Program-made: the position numbers and the translations under genes
NCBI GenBank assembly: GCA_903813345.2
Contig: CAIIXF020000001.1
Span: forward strand, 25,730,001-25,794,000
DNA length: 64,000 bases
From: Owenia fusiformis
Taxonomy: Eukaryota
Reading direction: 5' to 3'
Notes under the pieces: model-generated
Told to the model about the DNA's origin: nothing
The model's input: the letters and a program-made list of their open reading frames with translations, nothing else
The model's database searches: none
In this document: positions 1 to 12,471 of the stretch, piece after piece
Layout: each line of letters starts with the position of its first letter
Position numbering within the stretch: the stretch's first letter is position 1

Positions 1-3000
1 AATGGAAGTAACACGTGGCACACAAAACATCGTTCTGCATTTATTCTCATCGTTCCAAAAATGGAAGTAACATGTGGCACACAAAACATCGTTCTGCATT
101 TATTCTCATCGTTCCAAAAATGGAAGTAACATGTGGCACACAAAACATCGTTCTGAATTTACTCTCATCGTTCCAAAAATGGAAGTAACATGTGGCAAAC
201 AAAACATCGTTCTGCATTTATTCTCATCGTTCCAAAAATGGAAGTTACATGTGGCAAACAAAACATCGTTTGCATTTATTCTCATCGTTCCAAAAATGGA
301 AGTAACATGTGGCACACAAAACATCGTTCTGCATTTATTCTCACCGTTCCAAAAATGGAAGTTACATGTGGCAAACAAAACATCGTTTGCATTTATTCTC
401 ATCGTTCAAAAAATGGAAGTAACATGTGGCACACAAAACATCGTTCTGCATTTATTCTCATCGTTCCAAAAATGGAAGTAACATGTGACACACAAAACAT
501 CGTTCTGCATTTATTCTCATCGTTCCAAAAATGGAAGTAACATGCAGCACACAAAACATCGTTCTGAATTTATTCTCATCGTTCCAAAAATGGAAGTAAC
601 ATGTGGCAAACAAAACATCGTTCTGCATTTATTCTCATCGTTCCAAAAATGGAAGTAACATGTGGCACACAAAACATCGTTCTGCATTTATTCTCATCGT
701 TCCAAAAATGGAAGTAACATGCGGCACACAAAATATCGTTCTGAATTTATTCTCATCGTTCCAAAAATGGAAGTAACATGTGGCAAACAAAACATCGTTC
801 TGTATTTATTCTCATCGTTCCAAAAATGGAAGTAACATGTGGCACACAAAACATCGTTCTGCATTTATTCTCATCGTTCCAAAAATGGAAGTAACATGTG
901 GCACACAAAAAAACATCGTTCTGCATTTATTCTCATCGTTCCAAAAATGGAAGTAACATGTGGCACACAAAACATCGTTCTGCATTTATTCTCATCGTTC
1001 CAAAAATGGAAGTAACATGTGGCACACAAAACATCGTTCTGAATTTATTCTCATCGTTCCAAAAATGGAAGTAACATGTGGCACACAAAACATCGTTCTG
1101 CATTTATTCTCATCGTTCCAAAAATGGAAGTAACATGCGGCACACAAAACATCGTTCTGAATTTATTCTCATCGTTCCAAAAATGGAAGTAACATGTGGC
1201 AAACAAAACATCGTTCTGCATTTATTCTCATCGTTCCAAAAATGGAAGTAACATGTGGCACACAAAACATCGTTCTGCATTTATTCTCATCGTTCCAAAA
1301 ATGGAAGTAACATGTGGCACACAAAAAAAACATCGTTCTGCATTTATTCTCATCGTTCCAAAAATGGAAGTAACATGTGGCACACAAAACATCGTTCTGC
1401 ATTTATTCTCATCGTTCCAAAAATGGAAGTAACATGTGGCACACAAAACATCGTTCTGCATTTATTCTCATCGTTCCAAAAATGGAAGTAACATGTGGCA
1501 CACAAAACATCGTTCTGCATTTATTCTCATCGTTCCAAAAATGGAAGTAACATGTGGCACACAAAAAAAAACATCGTTCTGCATTTATTCTCATCGTTCC
1601 AAAAATGGAAGTAACATGTGGCACACAAAACATCGTTCTGCATTTATTCTCATCGTTCCAAAAATGGAAGTAACATGTGGCACACAAAACATCGTTCTGC
1701 ATTTATTCTCATCGTTCCAAAAATGGAAGTAACATGTGGCACACAAAAAAAACATCGTTCTGCATTTATTCTCATCGTTCCAAAAATGGAAGTAACATGT
1801 GGCACACAAAACATCGTTCTGCATTTATTCTCATCGTTCCAAAAATGGAAGTAACATGTGGCACATAAAACATCGTTCTGCATTTATTCTCATCGTTCCA
1901 AAAATGGAAGTAACATGTGGCACACAAAACACCGTTCTGCATTTATTCTCATCGTTCCAAAAATGGAAGTAACATGTGGCACACAAAACATCGTTCTGCA
2001 TTTATTCTCATCGTTCCAAAAATGGAAGTAGCATGTGGCAAACAAAACATCGTTCTGCATTTATTCTCATCGTTCCAAAAATGGAAGTAGCATGTGGCAA
2101 ACAAAACATCGTTCTGCATTTATTCTCATCGTTCCAAAAATGGAAGTAACATGTGGCACACAAAACATCGTTCTGCATTTATTCTCATCGTTCCAAAAAT
2201 GGAAGTAACATGTGGCACACAAAACATCGTTCTGCATTTATTCTCATCGTTCCAAAAATGGAAGTAACATGTGGCACACAAAACATCGTTGTGCATTTAT
2301 TCTCATCGTTCCAAAAATGGAAGTAACATGCGGCACACAAAACATCGTTCTGAATTTATTCTCATCGTTCCAAAAATGGAAGTAACATGCGGCACACAAA
2401 ACATCGTTCTGAATTTATTCTCATCGTTCCAAAAATGGAAGTAACATGTGGCAAACAAAACATCGTTCTGTATTTATTCTCATCGTTCCAAAAATGGAAG
2501 TAACATGTGGCACACAAAACATCGTTCTGCATTTATTCTCATCGTTCCAAAAATGGAAGTAACATGTGGCACACAAAAAAACATCGTTCTGCATTTATTC
2601 TCATCGTTCCAAAAATGGAAGTAACATGTGGCACACAAAACATCGTTCTGCATTTATTCTCATCGTTCCAAAAATGGAAGTAACATGTGGCACACAAAAC
2701 ATCGTTCTGAATTTATTCTCATCGTTCCAAAAATGGAAGTAATATGTGGCAAACAAAACATCGTTCTGCATTTATTCTCATCGTTCCAAAAATGGAAGTA
2801 ACATGTGGCACACAAAACATCGTTCTGCATTTATTCTCATCGTTCCAAAAATGGAAGTAACATGTGGCACACAAAACATCGTTCTGCATTTATTCTCATC
2901 GTTCAAAAAATGGAAGTAACATGTGGCACATAAAACATCGTTCTGCATTTTTTCTCATCGTTCCAAAAATGGAAGTAACATGTGGCACACAAAACACCGT

Positions 3001-3260
3001 TCTGCATTTATTCTCATCGTTCCAAAAATGGAAGTAACATGTGGCACACAAAACATCGTTCTGCATTTATTCTCATCGTTCCAAAAATGGAAGTAGCATG
3101 TGGCAAACAAAACATCGTTCTGCATTTATTCTCATCGTTCCAAAAATGGAAGTAGCATGAGGCACACAAAACATCGTTGTGCATTTATTCTCATCGTTCC
3201 AAAAATGGAAGTAACATGTGGCAAACAAAACATCGTTCTGCATTTATTCTCATCGTTCCA
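1..3260. repeat. 59-bp satellite array, about 55 copies, running off the left edge
   Basis: Unit AATGGAAGTAACATGTGGCACACAAAACATCGTTCTGCATTTATTCTCATCGTTCCAAA repeats head-to-tail with period 59. It shows point variants and occasional poly-A expansions, with no spacers. Confidence 0.98.
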
Positions 3261-4170
3261 ACTACTCGTCATTTTAATAATTAAAACATGAATCAAGAAT
3301 TTCTAGGCCTTTCGTACTCCAGAAATATCAAATCAAAAATATATGATATTACTTACCTGTAAATATCTTTTAATCGTGTCCTGAGGCTATCAGCTAGTAA
3401 ATTTTTTCAATTTAACTTATTTACTTCCTTTCTATTATTATTCTACTCACTAGGCCAGGAAAAGGAATAATACGTTTCCCATCCCAAACTTCCAAAATTG
3501 GACTAGGCAGCTTGTGTAAAGACTAGGGTTTAAAAAATCCGTTATACATGTATTTCTTAATAGGTTTGTCAGAGCGAAATCAATTAGAAAGATAAAGGAA
3601 TGAACAGAGTGAAAGATGTCTGAAGCTTTGCATGCCTTCGGAGAATGAATCTCACTTGATTTATTCCATTCAGTTCTGACGACGGGATGTTCTCTTATCT
3701 TTAGCTGCATGGCAAGCAAGGTGACAACAAACAAACGTTTTTCTTGCCTCCCCTGACTTTTTCATGTAATCACTTAGGTTATTTTTACTATTGTATTACT
3801 TTTTTCTGTTTGCAATTGTTGCTGCATTAATCAGAAATATAGCGTAAACAAAATATAAAATAAGATAATAATTCTTCGAAAACCAAACTAACCTGGCATA
3901 TACATATTAGACAACACAATTTATATCAATACTATGCTCTCATAATCTAAAATCCAATTTTATAACTGTTGCGTTGTTGATGAAAACAACGTTTGGAAAT
4001 GTCACTTTGACACAAAAAGTTGCATTGGCTTTTACGATAAGACATCCTGTCTCGTAATATTTTGAAAATTGTACACAAGGCATGCTCATTATTTCAAGAA
4101 AACAATAAGGTGTGAGTGTGAGTACCGTAATCCAACACCAAATTCGAAAATTCAGAACGATACCCGGCAC

Positions 4171-5026
4171 TAGTCATATAAATCTGACCCTCGTATGATG
4201 TTATTTGTTGTTATTTTTTCTGATTTGGATATTTATTTTTTCTTATTTTCTTGCATACAAGGGTCATACACACTCCGCGCATCTAAATTGCGGGAAATGC
4301 TTTCCTGGCCTGTCTACCCAACCAAATTCACACAAATGATAAATAAATGTCTTTGCTTCAACTATAAAGTATTTAATCTTACCTTAGACACGTAAAACGC
4401 TTGGTAATTGAAGACATATAAGCATGCCGCTTGAATTTTAAAATTTTTTCATTTTGCCATGCCAAGGTCACTTCCGGGTTAATCTGAGTCTAGATGTAAA
4501 ACTATATCAAACGAAATCATAAGTACTTGTTACACGAAGATTCAGTTGAAAGGGAAGCAGTGTCGTTAAGAAGGGAAGTTATTTGGAAAAGTTATTGTTT
4601 CAAAATGAGAAAAGTAATAAGTATAAGAGAACGGCTTTGGAATCGATCTCTGTGTAATAAATAATTATGATTCCGTTTCGATACATGTTTTACATTTAGA
4701 CTACCGGAAACAGCATTCAGCAACATGGCGGGCGATAATGAAAATATAATTCAATTGATCATATTTCGTCAATTATCAAGCGTTTTACATGTCTAAGGTA
4801 AGATTTAACACTTTAATGTTGGAACTAAATAATTACTCGATAATTTGTGTGACTTTGGATAGTATGGTAACTATGGTTACCGAGACAGGCCAGAAAAGCG
4901 TTTACCGCAATTTGTTCCATATAATATCTACGACGGTGTATGCAAAGAAAATGATAAAAAATAAATATCCAAATAAGAACAAGAAATATCGAAGAACAGC
5001 ATACAACGGTCGGATTTATATGACTA
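4171..5026. mobile_element. Non-autonomous hAT-like DNA transposon (MITE)
   Basis: TIRs TAGTCATATAAATCTGACC / GGTCGGATTTATATGACTA, 8-bp TSD CCCGGCAC on both sides, and further internal inverted arms (about 4372-4410 vs about 4769-4808). Confidence 0.85.
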
Positions 5027-5381
5027 CCCGGCACATATGGCGTTCGTGATCAACTATGAAACGCTTACCCCCCATAGTGTTATATATCAAAATGTACCTG
5101 TTCATATAGGGATTCAATTGATCTACATCAATTTATTGGGAGTCAGGTTACTTTTTGAGATATCAGCGTCCATTTATTGTAACTCGCGTTTGCTAACATC
5201 GCCTCAATTCTGAGACCACGGGCCAAACGCGTAGTAAACATGATCACGTCGGAACTATTTTGACCTACGTCGCTATTTTCGTAATTCAAATGAAAGTTGA
5301 AATCCTCCTCTTTATTTTGATACCAAATAGTGGCATACTAGGTACCCTAGAAGCCAACTATGGTGTTATTTAGAACAAAAC

Positions 5382-5945
5382 TTACTCACGTCGAGAGCTA
5401 CCATGTTAGATTTTGAAAGTATAGCTCTCCATCGTGAGGATCTCCCAGCTGAAGAATTGTAACATCTTAATTTGATCAGCGCCAGTCAACGGCTTGCTGT
5501 TTGTCTCAAACTGTAGCCTACATATGGGCTCATATGTGTCTACTTTCCCCGTGCATGTAGGATCGCGGATGTGCTTCTATGGCGATCAGGAGTTCTAATC
5601 GTTTTTTGTTCGATACCCATTTCCAATATGGCGGTTAAACGGAAATACTATCGACGCATGCGCAACTTGGGAAACGTCAAGCCGCCATATTGAATATACC
5701 TGGCCAAAACTTTTGACACGACCAATAAAATGAAGTCCTGATCGATACATAGGGTAGTGAGACGTTCTATAGTTGAGCTGAATGAAAGATGGCGATGTAG
5801 GATACATTTTCAGGTATATAATGTGCAACATGAGTCAGCTGAATTCCCTGAAATTTTCTTTGAAGTCAGGATTCTAAAGATGTTGATCCTAGCGATAGAG
5901 AGCTATACTTTCAAAATCTAATTAAGTAGCTCTCGACGGGAGTAA
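5382..5945. mobile_element. Non-autonomous TIR element with 8-bp TSD
   Basis: TIRs TTACTCACGTCGAGAGCTAC...TTAGATTTTGAAAGTATAGCTCTC / GAGAGCTATACTTTCAAAATCTAA...GTAGCTCTCGACGGGAGTAA, flanked by AACAAAAC on both sides. Confidence 0.8.
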
Positions 5946-6545
5946 AACAAAACCACAAGTTTTTAAATGGACTATATATAGACTATATACTTTTGGCGGA
6001 TGGATATGGAACCTCATACCATAATACGTGACATTTTACTAAATGTGAGGTCATCACGACATATTTGAGGGAGGTTGATTCATCCCATTTTAAAGTTACA
6101 CTTGATCCAAATCAATATTGCATTCCTATTCCTGATAGGCTTTCCCTTTCAAATATAGATATTCAATATCATAATATAATCAAATGCTTTGAACTTTAAA
6201 ATTCTTACCTTGACAAGAGATACTAATAGTGACAAATGAGGATTGACAGCCATTAATCAAACTCGATCTTCCATTGACCGCATGGTACAATTTATGAGGT
6301 TCAAAAGTGCCATTGACGACATTCGACATTTTTTCATAATTTTTATTTCAGGTTAAACAGCATTAAGATGTACATAAATACAATTGCAACTTACACATTA
6401 CAAGGTTGTTGAACTCTTAATATTGCGTTTAGGTCATGTGCTTTGTACAAGTAAGATTATGTTCGAAATCATCATTTTATTCTGTCATATTTCGAAACAA
6501 ACATACAGGTATAATGTATTTCAGTAAAGATTGCTGAATTATTTA

Positions 6546-9067
6546 TTAATTACAAGATTTGCAATATCCAAACAATTTGGTTCTAGAACCCCTGTGAAAA
6601 GATGACCTTCTATAACATGAGCCAGATATGCAGCCTGAATCCGATGAACACACTCCGTTGCACACTGGGGAGACACATTCTGCTAAATGACACCGTCCAG
6701 TAGAACAGTCGCTGTCCTCTTTGCATTCTACGCATTTCCCATATGAGCATTTTTGACTGTCTGGACAGTGGGTGTCGTTGTAACATTGGACGCACCAGTT
6801 GTGAGCACCAGCTTTGGAACAAAACCCGTCGACGCAATCTTCATCTGAGTCGCACTCTTCACATCTGTTGTCACTCGTACATACCTAATATTAGGAAGGT
6901 TATAGGCTAATGGCACACTTTACAACTTTTACTAGAGAACGTGAACCTGGCAGGGTACCATGAGACGAGCGATCTGAATGATACGATACAACGTGAATTA
7001 AAGTAAAATTGTTATCATACTCGTAATTTTCATACAAACCTCTGAAACAATGAAATTTCCTCGATTTTTAACATTGTTTGTTATTTAGCATTAGGCGAGG
7101 CATCAAAAGATCGATGTGACGTCTGATAGAAAACTAAATAAATCTAATTTGGGGAGGGGGTCAAAGCTATTTCACTTTGCTATCCGACAAATTCCAACAT
7201 TTAAATTGTTTGCAATTTCGACTCGAAATGCCTTGGAATGGTTTATAAATAAAGACTTTACCTGATGCCTTCTTCACCAAGATGCATGCAACATGGAATA
7301 TTATGCCTGTTGTTGTTGGCACATCTTTTAAGAATTATAAATAACTTATAGTACTGCCCCCGTGAAAGTCAAAATTGAGTCGCTAAAACATGTGGAAAGT
7401 CCGCGATCAACTTTCATTGTATTTAGTTTTGAGGGGGAGGGGGTCCAAATCAAAACTAGATTTATTTAGTTTCCTATCAGACATTGAACTTTTGATGCCT
7501 CCCCTTACCAAAACCGATAAGGCAAAACAATCGTATTCATTCTGACTCAAATTGGTCGAGTGCCCGAGCGCTCGAGGTTACCCTAGTGAACGTGTAATAT
7601 TACTCTCGGAGATTACTGCCCCTCTCAGCACCTTATAACAACTAAACCTATTTTCCTTTTATCTCTCTTCTCCATCAGGAAAGTGATTCTTATAGTCTAG
7701 GAGCGAGCAAAGAATTTGGTGATTGCAAAAAAATAGATATTAACTCTTTCAACCACAATGGGTAAAGTGAAGAAATCCACCATGCTTTTTACAAGAGACT
7801 TTGTGGCCTTAGCAACACAACAGTAAATAATTATGTTGTTTGAACTCCATGGTTATGTTAACGTTTTCTGTTTGAAGTCTCCAACCAACTATATTTGAAA
7901 ACAATGTCAACCTTCTTTTTTACATTATATATTTTTCGTTGATTTTTAATGTCAAACAGGAGAATGTATTTGAATTGCAGAGAGAATATACTTGTAAATA
8001 TTTATTTTGGCAATCAACAAAATTTCGAATGGAAGTCGGTGTCCATCGGTATATTGGAACCTTAGTGCAATTTGCACTACTAAATATGTTAAGGATTTGA
8101 CAATTTTTTGTGTGGTCGATAGATCTTTTGTTATTGTGATATCTTTGCGAATTAACATGGAAGGGAACAATTAATTCTTACCAAAACCACGTTTATATCA
8201 ACTTAATACCATACGAGTGAAACTCACCATTGCTGCTTTGCAGTGATCATCCAGTTTACAAGCTACGCAATCGTTATCTAGACAGTATGCTTCATCGTCG
8301 GCAATATTTGGAAATATTTTCGGCAAATATTTGCGTAAGTGGATTTCCCCTCTACTAGGACAGTCATCGTCCACTCGACAAGCCCTGCACGTCTGATTTA
8401 AACAGATGCCACTTTTGCAATACTGAAACAAAGCATTTCCTTTTGACTATTCCACAGGTATTTATATTACACGTAAGAAGATGCATTCGTTCGACTTCCG
8501 TTCTTAAAAGAGAGGTTCGTCTTCAGTTTAACTAGATTGGCTTTGGGGAGACGGGGTTCTTATATAATTTTTAATGTGAAATTTTTTCAATGTAAAACTA
8601 AGCTTACCTCATGTGATTTGCATGGTTCCCCGTCAAACTTATAACGGCGGCATATGTTTCGATTGTTACAAAAGTGGTCTTTGGAACAAGTCCCGTTTTT
8701 GCAGAGATGGTTCACAATCGCTTCTCTTCTCGATCCAGTATGAAGGCGCCCATCTACACCTAAGGGTTCGTGGACAGTCAAAAACACAAATGTATCATTC
8801 AAAAAACACAACCGTATAATCAGTTATATAAAATACATAAAAATAGGCATTCAACCAATAACTACTATTAAAAATTTCATCGTTAGGATCTCAGCCTTAT
8901 CTCAATTCTTTTCTCAATGTTGAAGGTTTGAATACAGTAAGATTCATATGGGGATAGAGTATCAGAAAGATTGTAATAGACGACTTCGATAATTATATGT
9001 TCAAAAGCTTACCTAAATCCTTTATGAACATCAACATGAACATTCCAAGAAATAATTGTTGAATCAT
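6546..9067 (-). CDS. Secreted cysteine-rich repeat protein, paralogue A (about 246 aa)
   Basis: Exons 9067-9013, 8759-8608, 8422-8228, 6884-6546, all GT-AG and in frame. Signal peptide MIQQLFLGMFMLMFIKDLGVDG; eight CxxDxxC..C..C modules, 34 Cys; ends FHRGSRTKLFGYCKSCN*. Confidence 0.85.
7094..7504. mobile_element. MITE, PIF/Harbinger-like, in intron 3 of paralogue A
   Basis: GGCGAGGCATCAAAAG...GTCTGATAGAAAACTAAATAAATCTA is inverted against TAGATTTATTTAGTTTCCTATCAGAC...CTTTTGATGCCTCCCC; TTA flanks both ends. Confidence 0.7.
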
Positions 9068-9222
9068 TGTCACGTTTTATATGAGTTGTCGAGGATCAAA
9101 ACTACCTAAAACCATAAATAGAACGTAACAGAAGCCACTCAAAAGTTCGCTATCATAAATAAACGTTTTTCTCGTCATCTTCCTGACTGATCACATATAT
9201 AAATAATATTACACTGTATGTG

Positions 9223-10925
9223 CAGTGATCGCCTATTATTACAAGTGCGTGAGTAATGACTCGACAAGATTCGCAAAATTCTAAATGTCGGAGGAAATGT
9301 ATGCTTGTTTCTCTTTTCTTTACCATTGTAATATTATTTCACATATAAATGGTATTTCATATGCTCTATAAGAGACCAAGAATCATTTGGCAAAAGGATT
9401 CAGTGATTGGCTTAACCGAAATATCTGAACTGAGTTGATAAATTAGATTACCAAAACCACAAAACCAACATGGTTAATATACATAATACTTAACATTCCA
9501 TGCATACAAGACGTTCCAACTCCCTTCAATACCGAGTAAAGAGGATGTTATGAAAAATAATTATGATCAGACAAGTGTGAGAGTTTACCATTTGGATTCT
9601 AATATGCTCTTTGCATTTCAGAGTGCTTGGATTCACATGTTATTACTGTCCTTCTATATGAACTCCTAAATCCCCAAACATTATTAATCACATTGGAGAA
9701 CATCGTACCTTGAAATCAGAGGGTGAAATTCCCGACCATGTCTTATTATTTTGTCACAGATTGATTGAGGATTTCAATGAATGAGATATCTTATTGAGCC
9801 TAGATTATGCACTTCCTATGAACTAGGTAAATAGAACCTGGTCAGTCAGCCTCTATCTTGATTCTCAAGGTTTTAGTTTCTCCAACTTGGAATTCGAAGA
9901 TGGTCAACCTTATAAGTTAAGGGTGTGATTGAATAGACCAATGAAATTGTCAATGACATCAAACTGGAAAGCGAGTATGTTCGACAATAGATCATTCGAA
10001 ATACAATTGAACCTTTGTAAGTGAAACGCCCTTGGTGATTTAAAAAATTGTTCCACTTGGGAGGTGTTCCACTTCACATGTCGGCCAGATCGTATCTAGC
10101 AGTAGGGTAACCTCAATATTAAAACCGTATTTTCTATTCAGGTCTGTGTCTGTACGTTCTACATACGATCTGGTTGACTTCTGTGTTCCACTTACGGAGG
10201 TTCATTAACATGGAGTAAATGGGCCATGGGACTGTAAAAAATATTCCACTTGTGAGGTGTTACGGTTAAAGAAGTGTTCCACTTAACAGGTCTACTGTAC
10301 AGATCATTAAAGGGTAATTGTAATCAAACCTAAAGACAGGAAAATTAAACGAAATGTACGCACTCACAGTGATGATTTTATTTAATGAATAAGTGAACGG
10401 TGATTTTGATTTTTCCCAAACAAATGTTCTATTTGGTTTCGGACATAAATTCTGTGAGAAACCCCATTTTTCTTCTGAGATGATCAAAACCAAGTATTTC
10501 TGCGTGTCTGGTCTGCTGAAACGCACACTTAGGCTGATCCATTAATTTCTGTGTTCAAATATTTATTCCATGTTATTAAGAGGAAACGTGAATTTTATCA
10601 TGGTCAAATGGAAGCCCATAACCCAACTTAAGTACAAAAAATTAAAGAGTGTAAAATGTTCTTTTGTTTTTGATATTTTAAAGCTTTTCAAATAAAATAA
10701 CACATATTATATCGCATTTATATCTTTACATCATAAATTCCATCACATATTAGAAAAATTGTGAAACTGATATATGTTTTTCAAAGCATATGGGTCTTCC
10801 GGTGCCTACAAAATCACCAGTAGCCTGCAATATAAACACAAATAAATCATTTTAAAATAACCGTTACAATATATTTAAATTTTGCGGATCTTTACTCACG
10901 CACTTGTAATAGTAGGCGATCACTG
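9223..10925. mobile_element. Tc1/mariner-like non-autonomous element between paralogues A and B
   Basis: TIRs CAGTGATCGCCTATTATTACAAGTGCGTGAGTAA / TTACTCACGCACTTGTAATAGTAGGCGATCACTG; TA on the right flank; no intact transposase ORF. Confidence 0.75.
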
Positions 10926-11229
10926 TATATACAGTGTATTACCCTTTATGAAAGGTAATTTTAGTGATTTGAAACCGTGCAGTATCCACGGTATACCTTA
11001 TTAGCGTAATACATTGGGTAATTACAAACGTTTTACATATGTAGATACATATGTCATATGAGCCTGGTTTAGTTCAAATATCAAAGTAGTTTATAAAGTA
11101 GTAGTTTAATTCGATGAAAACTAAAAAATATGGAAATCGAAACTTCCCTTCCGCCTTCTTAAATGCGAAGGTGACGCCCGTAACCGTTCCTTGAAACTGA
11201 CCAGTGATATTGTGGTATTGCTCATTTCC

Positions 11230-12000
11230 GAAATCATATTAACATGGCACTGCTTACTTTCAGAATCTCATTAATCTTCGCGTATCTTCATTTGCCAGAA
11301 ATAACATAATTATTTAAACATGGAACAACTTACTTTTGAAAATCTATCAAAATCTTTGTGAAACTTGACGTGTAACATTCCCCAGAAGTATTGTATTGCA
11401 AACATATTACTTACTTTCGGAATCCTCTAAAAATCATCAAGTTAGTATCATCATTTCCAAAAAAATGTAAACATGGTACTTCTTACTTTTGAAATCCTAT
11501 TAAAATCACCGTATAACCTTATTCCAAAGAAGTATTTTTAAATTACTACATAAACATGGTACTACATACTTTCGAAATCATACTAAAATATTTGCCTGTT
11601 CTGTGTTGATTTTCCAAGAAGTATCGTAAATTGTATGTGGTACTAAGCTTACTTATTAGTTTTGAAAATCTGTCAAATCGTATTGAAATCATACGATTTA
11701 CTTTCTAAATCAAATTAATTTCGTTCAGCATCTTCAATCCCCAAGAGTTTCGTTAATTGCAAACATGGTACTACTCACTTCAAGTTTCAAAATTAAGATC
11801 TTTCGCGAATCTTATTTCCCAAATGTATCGGATTGTAGCATTGTAAACATGAAGAACTTACTTTCGAAGTCATATTAGAATATTGACGGATCTTCATCTC
11901 ATAGATAAAAATAATCTGATTTTTTTACAATTATGGTACTACATAATTTTGAAAATCTAATATTCATCCCCATAAGTATCTGTATATACGGTGCTACTTA
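11230..12000. repeat. Degenerate tandem repeat, unit roughly 70 bp
   Basis: Recurring AAACATGGTACTACTTACTTTCGAAATC...ATCTTCATTTCCCAGAAG-like motif, about 10 diverged copies; boundaries approximate. Confidence 0.6.
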
Positions 12001-12471
12001 CTCTTGCAATGCAGATTCCTTGGTCCAATGATACAGTCTATATCAGTAAAGCAATTTGTTCTTTTAGACAATCCAGATGATTAATTTATATATAACAGTC
12101 GACTCCTTTATAAAGTTCACTTTGACTTTGACGTATTCATTTTTTCTCAAGGTATCAGGACAGTAAACATAACAAAATTAATATCTTCTTTAATTTGCAT
12201 TGTAATTAATATCTACTTCATTACAATAAAGGGGTCGTGTGCCTTATGTGACTCTGAAAACATATACAAACAAAAGAAATAATGAAAATAAACTATAATT
12301 TGAACAGTTTGAAAATATTTGCTAAGAACGTTTTTTAATAATAATTTGCACTTGATATGCTTTTTGCTAAGCAAGTCTATTTCAAACAGAAGGTGGCATG
12401 ATTTTTTACAATTTTCCGAAACTAATATAATTCTAAAGAGCCTATTTATTGCTAGCACATTAAAAAATGAA

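Noticed and set aside
1-3260. CRISPR array, or coding ORFs in the repeat
   Set aside because: Units are contiguous with no unique spacers and no cas genes, in a eukaryotic context. The ORFs appear in all frames as by-products of a 59-bp period.
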